Below are positions 52,610 to 64,000 of a DNA stretch of 64,000 bases, piece by piece. The DNA is from the human T2T-CHM13v2.0 reference genome, Homo sapiens: NCBI RefSeq assembly GCF_009914755.1, contig NC_060940.1. One strand, written 5' to 3'. How positions within the stretch are numbered: position 1 is the stretch's first letter; each line of letters opens with the position of its first letter. The position numbers and the translations under genes were made by a program. The notes beneath the pieces were generated by a model. That model was not told the DNA's origin, ran no database searches, and was given only the letters and a program-made list of their open reading frames with translations.

Positions 52610-52985
52610 GGGGAGCAAAGTCCCTCACTAAAAAGGTCTCCACGTTCCCTTCCATCTGGGGTTGATCATGCAGTGTAGCCAGAAGAATGCATAAAAAAGT
52701 CATGAGGTAGGGGTCAAGTAAAGCTCTTCAAAGGAATATATTCAGTTCACATGAGGCTTTTTGCCATACACACCTGTCTTCATGTTGGTCTATATAATGA
52801 TGCTCCCCACGTGGTCACAATGTTTTGGCCTTAGTATCTAATCTTAATATTCTTGAGCTATTGAATCAAAACAACCACTGCTTAACTCCAAAATTATTAC
52901 CTGAGAAGAACACAAATTTCTACTTCATTAAGCCAGTGGAAATTGTTTTCTTTTGTGTCATGCAGAACCAATTTTTAAAATTATG
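52610..52985 (+). mobile_element. Old MLT1 (J/K-like) LTR fragment
   Basis: cttgagctattgaatcaa...ttcattaagccagtggaaattgttttcttttgtgtcatgcag resembles the MLT1J/K 3' end. Confidence 0.5.
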
Positions 52986-53629
52986 ACTATATGGGTAGTT
53001 GGGAGATGTATTTAATGAAGAAATAGAAGAGTACAATATCTAAAAAACTTCGGAAATACAAAAAGTTATGCATTTGATTCTAGATTTTGAATATATTGCA
53101 AACATTTTACAAACCCAAAAACTCTCAAGTCCAGGAGAAAGACTAAGGCAAGAATTAATCATATGTCATTTTGTAGCATAAAATTACATGTTTCAAAAGT
53201 TCCATTCTGCCTTCAAATGTAAGGTGTTCAGAAAGAGTTACAATAGAGAGGAAACAAGGATAAATTATACTTAATTGCAATTCTGTTTCCCTAGCCACAC
53301 TTGGGACTAGAACACAAAGAACATGATCAAAAACACCAAATTCTGCCAAATTAGAAGACAAACTTCTAATGTAATTAGCACTCAATGAATTTGATAAATA
53401 TTCACAGCTACAACATTATAGTATGAATAATAAAGAAAAATGCTTTTATTATTTATTCAACAAATCTTTTTCAAATGCTTCTAATTTGCTTGATAAGGGC
53501 CTTAGGATTCGACTGAATATACTTCTTTACAAATTCCCTTAGCGTTATATTATAAACCATGTATCAGGTTAGCATAAGTGCAAGAGGATTTCTTTCCTAG
53601 AATTGTAAGAGTAATAGGGCAGATACCTC

Positions 53630-53800
53630 AACATCTAGAATGTAGTCCTGCCTGTTCAAGAACTAGCTGGTTGATTTGGGGCCAGCTATTTACTCTTCCT
53701 GAACTTTGCTTTCTTTATATTTAAAATGAAAATAATAATACAAATTCATGAGGTTGCTTTATGATTAAATGTTTTAACATGTAATTTTTCTGAATAAGCT
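53630..53800 (+). mobile_element. MIR fragment
   Basis: actagctggttgatttggggccagctatttactcttcctgaactttgctttctttatatttaaaatgaaaataataata. Confidence 0.65.
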
Positions 53801-54078
53801 GACAAACGAATATTATATGGAATAGTGAGAAGGAGAAAAATTATTTAGTATTTATTAAACACTGGTAAGGACCCCAAATACATTATTAATGCCATTCTCG
53901 GCACCTAACTAAAGACCATGCCATCTTGTTACCCCTTCAAGCATCTAGAAATCTAACTTAATAATATTGGAAAAGGAAACATCAGAGGATTCCCACTGGA
54001 AAGATTATGAAAGTTCATTCTTTTATATTTAGAATCACTGATTTATGGTCGTTGTTTCCATGTAAGTCAGTTTATTTT

Positions 54079-54377
<299 letters not shown>

Positions 54378-54412
54378 AACTCAGTTTATTTTAATTATAT
54401 AACATTAAGCTG

Positions 54413-55072
<660 letters not shown>

Positions 55073-55259
55073 GTTGTTGATATTTAGACTATAAAGTTGT
55101 TTCTTTTTTTTCTCCTCCTCCTCCTATTCCTTTGTCTTTTTTGTATAATGTGGTTTGAGGCATATAATTATCATTCAGTCTGTAATATAAGAATTAAAAT
55201 ATTAAGCATTTTGAAATTTTAGAAATTAGTTGTAGATTTACGAATTTACTATGTAAGAC

Positions 55260-55372
55260 ATTCTATAAGACATCTATCCTGTGTTCTTTAAAAAAAGTCA
55301 ATGTCATAAGAAACAAGCAACCATGAAAAAAAGACAGGGTTTTTATTCTATTAAAATAAACTAAAGAGGCAG

Positions 55373-55417
<45 letters not shown>

Positions 55418-55433
55418 TGCAGTGTGTGATCCT
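55260..55433 (+). mobile_element. L1ME/L1MC4-type 3'UTR fragment (left part; continues at 63528-63925)
   Basis: ttctataagacatctatcctgtgttcttt...aaaagtcaatgtcataaga...aaatgcagtgtgtgatcctgg. Confidence 0.7.
55375..55414. repeat. (AC)20 microsatellite
   Basis: Perfect AC run. Confidence 0.97.
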
Positions 55434-55526
55434 GGCATCAGCAAGATGGTGAAATAAAATGTCTCTTGGCATCACTTACCCCACAAACATACAATGAGAA
55501 GTTATTCAAAAATAATAATACCACTC

Positions 55527-55707
55527 AGGTATGTTGGCTCATGCCTGTAATCCCAGCACTTTGGGAGGCCGAGGCAGGTTGAGGTGGGAGAATTGCTTGA
55601 ACCTGGGAGAGGGAGGTTATGGTGAGCCGAGATCCTGTCACTGTACTCCAGCCTGGGCGACAGAGCGAGACTCTTATCTCAAAAAAACAAAAACAAAAAC
55701 AAAAAAC
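55527..55707 (+). mobile_element. Internally deleted Alu (left-arm start fused to right-arm end)
   Basis: ...gggaggccgaggcagg|ttgaggtgggagaattgcttgaacc...; (A5C)n tail; 13-bp TSD aataataccactc at 55514-55526 / 55708-55720. Confidence 0.9.
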
Positions 55708-56214
55708 AATAATACCACTCTGAATTCAGCAGAACTTGGGGCAAAAGTAGAGAAAATTCTAGGATTACAAAATCAAGACAAGTCACAAATAAGAAAAACA
55801 GTCATTTCAAAGTGTGCCACCCCCTCCTACAAGCCAGCATAATGCTACTCACAAGGAATTTCCCTAGACTTATGTTTTGCAAGGTGAGAGGAAAGAATTG
55901 AAAGTGGACATTCAATCTGTGGACTGGTTTGGAAATCTTCACGGAAAGCCCACTTTGGTCTCCTTCCAAAATAACCATTAGGAGTCCAGGAGGACTGAAC
56001 TACCCAGAATGAATTTGGAATAAAGATTGGAATGCTGACTGCAGTGACTAGCGTGTAGATATTGGTGACTACTCTGCACTAGGATCAGCAGGGATGCCAC
56101 ATTGAAGAGACTGGCCTGCACCATAGTGCTGCAAGGAACATGATCCACAGGAAGATCCAAATCCCTGGCCAGATTTTCCTCAAAGCCCGGGTGTTTTACT
56201 TGGAGTCTTCCCCT

Positions 56215-56550
56215 GGCCCAGAAACAACTAAAAGGTCAAGATTAAGTTCAGGTGCCTTTAACTTTTTTTCCAGACTGGGAAACAATGACAGGGTAACAAT
56301 ATAGTTTGAAGGCAACATTTAAGTTCCAGTGTTCACTATAGGTCTTCCTCAGAATGGGAAACAAGGAAGCACAACAATTTAGTTTCAGAACAGTGTGTAA
56401 ATTCTGATATTCACTATAATCTTCACCACATTGGGAAACAATGGGAAGACAATGAGTTCATTCCAGCACAGTGTTTCAGCTCTGGTGCTCACTGTAATTA
56501 TTCCCCAGAATTGTGACCAACAATGAACCAGCATTTAAGTTCTGAATTTA
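56215..56550 (+). repeat. ~79-bp degenerate tandem repeat in the L1MA4 5'UTR
   Basis: gggaaacaa recurs at ~56277, 56356 and 56433; ttaagttc...tcacta(t)a motifs recur at the same period. Confidence 0.75.
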
Positions 56551-57708
56551 GTAAATGTCTAACAACACCAAGAAACCTCTGTAAAAATTGGAAGAGGTGA
56601 CTGTCTTCTCAAATGCACAGGCATCAATGTAAAGACACATGAACAGTGAAAACTTGATTCAATTTGACAACACCAAAAGAAACCAACACAGCTCCAGCAA
56701 TGGACCCAGTAGAACTGAAGGTCTAGAAAATGTCTGATAAAGAATTAAGAATAATCTTAAAGAAGTCCAGGGTATCATAAGAAAATACGAATAGAAAATG
56801 AAATAATTTTCTTAATTCCAGGAATAAAATAAAAAATTCAACAAAGAAATAGAAACATTAAAAAAAGAAAACCTACAAACAAGAAATACAGTGACTGAAA
56901 TAAAGAGATTGTAAAAAGCTTTGTTGATCAAAGAAAAGCATTAGCAGGCTTGAAGACAGAACATGTGAAATTATCCAATCACAGAACCGAAAAGGAAATA
57001 GCATAAACAAAGTGAAGAAGACATACAAGAATTATGAAACACCATCAACAAACTAACCTTTGCCTTTTAGGAACTCCCAAAGGAGGTGAGAAAGAAAAAG
57101 CCCTAAAAAGCATATTTAAGGGAATAGTGGCTAAAAATTTTTCAAATCTGGAGACAAATGACTGCATCCGGCTACAAGAAGCTCAGAAATCACCAATCGA
57201 TTCAACTCAAAGAGGAATTCCCCAAGGCATGTCATAATCAAATTAGCAAAGATCAAACACACAAATATTCAAAGCAGTAAGAAAAAAAAATCGCTATCTT
57301 CTGAGTCACAATATGGGTTTTAGCAGGTTTCTCAGCAGAAACCCTGATGCTCAAGAGAGAGTGAGATGTTATATTTGAAGTGCTGAACGAAAAAAATATT
57401 TTCAATCAAGAATACCCAGCAAAGATAACCTCCAAACATGAAAGAAAGATAAAGACTTTCAGAGACAAACAAAAGCTGAGGAAATTTATCAACACCAGAC
57501 ATGTCTTACAAGAAATGATAAAGGGAGTTCTTTAATCTAAAATAAATGGACACTAGATGCAACAAGAAACCGTCTGAAGGTATTGAACTCCCAGGTAAAA
57601 GAAAGAAAATAGACAAACTTAAAATACTCCTAATACTGTAATCGGGATAAGTAAATCATATATCCTATGTATGAAGACTAAAAGACAAAAATGTTAAAAA
57701 TAACTGCA

Positions 57709-58010
57709 GGCCAGGTGCGGTGGCTCACGCCCAGTAATCCCAGCACTTTGGGAGGTTGAGGCGGGCAGATCACGAGATCAAGAGATTGAGACCAGCCTGG
57801 CCAACATGGTGAAACCCCATCTCTCCTAAAAATACAAAAATTAGATGGGTATGGTGGCTCACGCCTGTAATCCCAGCTACTCAGGAGGCTGAGGCAGGAG
57901 AATCGCTTGAACCCAGGAGGTGGAGTTTGTAGTCAGCCGAGGTCACACCGCTGCACTCCAGCCTGGCGAGAGAGTAAGACTCAGTCTCAAAAAACAACAA
58001 CAACAACATC
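57709..58010 (+). mobile_element. AluS (Sc/Sg-like)
   Basis: Full dimer with (CAA)n-decayed tail. Confidence 0.92.
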
Positions 58011-58147
58011 AAAGACTACAACAATTAGTTAAGAGATAGGCAATATAAAAAGATGTCAATTGGAATATGAAAAGTAAAAATCTGGGGGGTGGTATGAAAG
58101 TATAGAGATGGTGTTTGTTACTTTCTCTTTATGGTAAAAGTTATGTC

Positions 58148-58475
<328 letters not shown>

Positions 58476-58510
58476 TTAAAATAAATGTTGTAACTGTAAG
58501 ATAGTTTTAT

Positions 58511-58821
58511 GGCCAGGTGCGGTGGCTCACGCCTGTAATCCAGCACTTTGGGAGGCCGAGACGGGCGGATCACGAGGTCAGGAGATCGAGACCATCCCGG
58601 CTAACACGGTGAAACCCCGTCTCTACTAAAAATAATAATAAAAAAAAAAACTGGCCGGGCATAGTGGCCAGCGCGTGTAATCCCAGCTACTCAGGAGGCT
58701 GAGGAAGGAGAATGGTGTGAACGCGGGAGGCGGAGCCTGCAGTGAGCCGAGATCGTGCCACTGCACCCCAGCCTGGGCTACTGAGTGAGACTCCGTCTCA
58801 AAAAAAAAAAAAAAAAAAAAA
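58511..58821 (+). mobile_element. AluY/Sc8-like
   Basis: Full dimer with expanded middle A-rich linker; TSD aagat(a/g)gttttat at 58498-58510 / 58822-58834. Confidence 0.93.
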
Positions 58822-60671
58822 AAAGATGGTTTTATGTAATGCTTCATGATACTCACAAATCAAAAACCTGTAATAGATATACTGGAAAAAAATAGCACAA
58901 AATTAAATATACTACTAAAGAAAAATTGCTTAACCACAAAGGAAAACAGCAAAAGAGAGAAAAAAAGACATAAAGGTTTCCAAACAACCAAAAAACAAGT
59001 AGTACAATGGCAGTAGTAAACCCTTATCTGTCAATAATAGCCTTGAATGTAGATGAATTAAATTTTCTAATTAAAAAACATATAGTGGTTAAACGGATTT
59101 TTTAAAAGACTGAGCTATATGCCGTGTACAAAAAAATTCACTTTCCTCATAAAGGCACACACATATTGAAAGGGAAGAATAGAAAAAGATACTCTCTTTA
59201 AATGAAAACCAAAAGAACAGGAGTAGCTATACTTATATTTTATAAAAATAGACTTTAATAATAGTAAAGAAAGAGAACGCTGTTATATAATGATAAAGGA
59301 GTCAATACAGCAAGAGGTTTTAACAATTGTAAGTATATATGAACTCAATGCTGGAGCACCCAAACATATAAAACAAATCTTGAAAGACCTAAGGGAGAAA
59401 TTGACTGTAATACAATAATAATAATAATAAATTTCAACGTCTTACTTTCAGCAATGGACAGATCATCCAGAGAGAAAATCAGCAATAACAAAAAAATCAG
59501 AGTTAAACTTCATCTAAACTGAATGAAACTAATGGACATTTGCAGAACATTCTATTGAACAGATAAAGAATACAAATTTTTCTCAACAGCATATGGAGCA
59601 GTCTCCAGAATAGACCACGTGTTAGGTTACAAAACAAGTCTTAACACATTTTTTAAAAATCAAAATCATATCAAGTATCTTTCTGATGACAATGAATTAA
59701 AACTAGAAATCAGCAACAGAAAGATCTTTGGAAACTGCACAAATTCATAAAAATTAAACAGCATGCTCCTGAACAACAAACAGAGCAATGAAGAAATCAA
59801 AAAGGAAATTAAAAATGACAAAAAAATGAATACAACATACCAAACCAAAATCTAAGGAATACAGCAAAAGCAATTCTAAAAGGACGGCTTATAACAATAA
59901 ATGCCTACATTGAAAAAGTGGAAATACTTCAAATAGACAACCTAATTATGTCCCTAAAGGAATCAGAAAAGCAAGAACAAACCGAACTTGGAATTAATAG
60001 AAAAAAAGAACTAAGAAAGATCAGAGTAGAAATAAGCAAAATCAAAACAAAAAATGGACAAAACATTAATAAAACCAAAGATTGGTTTTCTGAAGAGATA
60101 AACAGATCAATAAACCTTTAGTTAGACTAAGAAAAAGAGAGGTAAGACCCAAATAAATAATATTAGAGATTAAAAAGAAGACATTAAAATTGTTACCACA
60201 TAAATACAAAGTATCATTAAAGTATGTTATGAACAACTGTATCCCAACAATTTGGAAAACCTAGAAGAAATGGGAAAATTCCTGGACACATACAGCCTAC
60301 CAAGATTGAACCATGAAGAGATAGAAAACCTGAACAGACCAATAACGTGTAATGAGATTGAAGCAGTAGTACAAAGTCCCTCATCAAAGAAAGGCCCAGG
60401 ACCTGATGGCTTCACTGCTGAAATCTACCAAATATTTAAAGAAGCACCAATACATATTCTAATTAAACTAATCCAAAAACTCGAAAAGGGGAGAATATTT
60501 CAAAACTTGTTTTACAAGGTCAGCATTACCCTTATACCCAAACTAGACAAGGATACAACCACAAAGGAAAACTAAAGGCCAACATATCTGATGAGCATAG
60601 ATGCAAAAATTCTCAACAAAATACTAACAAATTAAATTCGACAATAAATTTAAAATATAATTCATCATGAT

Positions 60672-61028
60672 TGTGTTAGTCCGTTCTCATGCTGCTGTGA
60701 AGAAATATCCGAGACTGCACAATTTATAAAGGAAAAAGTTTTAATTGAATTACAGTTCTGCATGACTGGGGAGGCCTCAGGAAATTTACAATCATGGCAG
60801 AAGGCATCTCTTCACAGTGTGGCAAGAAAGAGAATGAGAGCCGAGCAAAGGGGGAAAAGCCTTTACAAATTCAGATCCTGTGAGAACTAATTCACTATCA
60901 TGAGAGCAGGATGGGGGAAAATCCCCCATGATTCAATTATCTTCACCTGGTCCCTTCCATGATACTTGGGGATTATGGGAACTACAATTCAATATGAGAG
61001 TTGGGTGGGACACAGCCAAACCGTATCA
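60672..61028 (-). mobile_element. THE1C-like MaLR solo LTR inserted in L1 ORF2
   Basis: tgtgttagtccgttctcatgctgct...gaaggcatctcttcacag...gggacacagccaaaccgtatca; 5-bp TSD ATGAT at 60667-60671 / 61029-61033. Confidence 0.93.
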
Positions 61029-63527
61029 ATGATCAAGTGGTTTTCATCTCAGGGATGCAAGAATGGTTCAGCAAACACAAATCAATGCTGAAAAAGCATT
61101 GATTAAAATGCTTTCAATAAATTCATTGATTGATTTAAAAAGCATTTAATCAACACTGCAAAATTTAACATCCCTTCATGATAAAAACCCTCAGCAAACT
61201 GGGTATAGAAGCAACATACTTCAAAACAATAAAGGTCATGTGATACAGACTTACAGCTAACATCATACTGAATGAGAAAAAAATGGGAAGTCTTTTTTCT
61301 CCAGTATCTGAAACAAGACAAGGATGCCCACTTTCACCACTTCTATTCAACAGTACTAGAAGTCCTAGCTAGAGCAATTAGGCAAGAGAAATAAAAAAGT
61401 TATCTAAATTGTAGAGGAATAAGTCAAATTAGCTTTGTTGCAGACAACAAGATCATATATTTAGAAAAACGTAAAGACTCCACCAAATTCTCTTAGAACT
61501 GATAAATTTAGTAAAGTTGCAGGATACAAACTCAACGTACAAAACTCAGTAGTGTTTCTTTACACTAACAGTGATCAACCAATTATTTTTCAAATAAATC
61601 AAGAAAGCAGTCCACATATAATAGTTACAAAAAATATACCCAAAGAATACAGTTAACCAAAGAAGTAAAAGATTTCTACAATTAAAACTATAAAACACTG
61701 ATTAAATAAATTAAAGAGAACGCAGAATATAGAGAGATATTCCATGCTCATAGTTTGAAAGAATCAATATTGATAAAAGGTCTATACTACCCAAAGTGAT
61801 CTACAAATTTAGTGCAATCTCTGTCAAAATACTAATAACAATCTTCAAAGAAATGTGAAAAAAAATCTGAAAATCTGTATGTTACCACAAAAGATCTGAA
61901 TAGCTAAAGCAATCCTGAGCAAAAAGAACAAAGCTGAAGATATTCCATTACCTGACTTCAAGATATACTACAAAGTTATACTAGTCAAAACAGCATGGCA
62001 CTGGCATAAAACTAAACACATAAGCCAGTGGAACAGAATAGAGAACACAGAAATGTCCATATGCAGAAGAAAGAAACTACACCCCTATCTCTCTCCATAT
62101 ACAAAACTCAAAAATGGATTAAAGACTTAAATATAAGACTTGAAACTATGAAACAACTAGATAAAAACATGGAGGGAACACTTCAGGGTATTGGTCTGGG
62201 CAAATATTTTTTGAGTAAGATACAAAAATAGGCAACAAAAGCAAAATAAATGTTATATATAACATTTTATATAATCTTATATATAATATTATATAATGTT
62301 AAAAAGTTTCCACAAAGAAAAAGAAACAACAGAGTGAAGAGACAACCTATATAATGGGAGAAATATTTGCAAACTATCCATCTGACAAGGGATAAATAAC
62401 TTGAATATATAAGAAATTCAAACCAAACAACATAGTGGCAAAAAACACCCCACGAATAACCCCCCAAAAACATGAATTGCCCAAAAAAAAAGGGCAAAAG
62501 ATCTGAATTGACATTTCTGAAAAGAAAACATCAAAATGGCCAACAGGTATATTAAAAATGCTCATTATCATTAATCATCAGTATAATGCAAATCAAAACC
62601 ACAATGAGCTGTTATCTTGCCCCAGTTATAATGACTATTATTAAAAAGACAAAAAGTAATAGATGCTGGTGAGGATGTGGAGAAAGGAAAATGCCAACAA
62701 ACTGTTGGTGGAAATGTAAATTAATACAATACAGCCACTAGGGAAAACAATATAGTGATGTCTCAGAAAACTAAAAGTAGAACTAATATATAATTCAGGA
62801 ATCCCACTGCTGGGTATCAGTCCAAAAGAAGGGAAATCAGTGCATCAAAGAGACATCTGCACTCCCATTTTTATTGCAACACTATTTCCAATAGCCAAGA
62901 TATGAAATCATCCTAAGTGTTGATCAGTGAATGAATGGATAAAGAAACTACGGTATGTATGTATGTATGTGTGTTTGTGTGTGCATGTTTGTGTGTATAT
63001 AATTTCTTTTATGTATACATATAAAAGAAAATATTATTCAGCCATAAAAATGAATGAAACTCTGTCATTTGTAGCAGCATGGAGGGAACCAGAGGCCATT
63101 ATGTTAAGTGAAATAAGCTAGACACAGGAAGACAAAAATTGCATATTCTCGGTCATATGTGAGAGCTAAAAAAAAAAAAAGGTTTATCTCATGGAGGTAA
63201 AGAGTAGAATGGTGATTATCAAAGTCTTGGAAGACTAGAGGGGTGGAGGTGATGAAGAAAAGTTGTTTATAGGTACAAAGACATAGTCACATTGAAGGAG
63301 TACATTCTAGTGTTTGATAGCAAAGTAGAGTGACTATAATTGTATTTTGCTTTGTATTTTAAAACAGCTAAAAAAGATTTGGAATGTTCCCAAAACAAAG
63401 AAATGATAAATGTTCAAGGTAATAAATATTCTAATTACCCTGATTTTGTCATTACACATTGTTTCATGTATCAAAATATCAAATGTACCCCATAAATATA
63501 TACAATTATGTATCAATAAAAAAGTAA

Positions 63528-63925
63528 AAATGCAATTTGTGATCCTTGGTAGGATCCTAGATTTTTAAAAATGTACTAAAGATATTTTAGAGACAGATGT
63601 GGAAAGTGAAATGTAGGCTATTAATTAGGATATACTCTGAAATTATTATTGATTTTTTAGGTATGATAGTGATATTATGCTGTATATGAGACTATCCTTA
63701 TTTTAGGAGATGCATGCTAAAGTATTTAGGATTTTTATGGTGAGATCAACTTAATTTTAAATAATTTAACCAAAAAATTGGTTAATTAATTAAAATAAAA
63801 TTATACACATATAGAATTACTGATAATGTGGCAAGATAATAATATCTAGGGAAACTAGATAAGGTGCATATGGATGTTTATTTTATTGTTTTTTAAACCT
63901 AAAAAAAATCGTCTAAAATATAAAC
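63528..63925 (+). mobile_element. L1ME/L1MC4-type 3'UTR fragment (right part)
   Basis: gtgatccttggtaggatcctag...tatccttattttaggagatgcatgctaaagtatttagg...tatggatgtttattttattg. Confidence 0.7.
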
Positions 63926-64000
63926 TTTGGAGAACCAATGTTTAAGTGAACACACACCTCCTAAGCATCAACTCTATAGAGGGATATTGAAGAAGTAAGA

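Overview
Primate (very probably human) AT-rich, gene-poor genomic DNA, dominated by nested transposable elements. I cannot support any host protein-coding exon, RNA gene or CRISPR array. The ORFs in the track either map to L1 ORF1/ORF2 or ERV-L remnants, or look like chance frames in repeats and low-complexity DNA. Main content: (1) an ancient L2/MIR/MaLR/ERV-L layer, including a degraded two-LTR ERV-L provirus (33.0-36.9 kb) and an ERV-L gag remnant (13.7-13.9 kb); (2) Tigger/MER44 DNA transposons; (3) at least four L1s that keep both ends, three with large internal deletions, plus an 8 kb L1MA4-like element with a target-site duplication (TSD); (4) a CpG-rich solo LTR12 (ERV9) with 8 CCAAT boxes, the best regulatory candidate; (5) young L1PA and Alu insertions, one probably polymorphic. 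I found no convincing new biological system. The most unusual signals are local templated-insertion and fold-back scars, a palindromic TA-rich VNTR, tightly spaced inverted Alus, and locus-specific changes in the LTR12 promoter. Subfamily names come from my recollection of consensus sequences and need RepeatMasker/Dfam confirmation. Boundaries of old elements are approximate.
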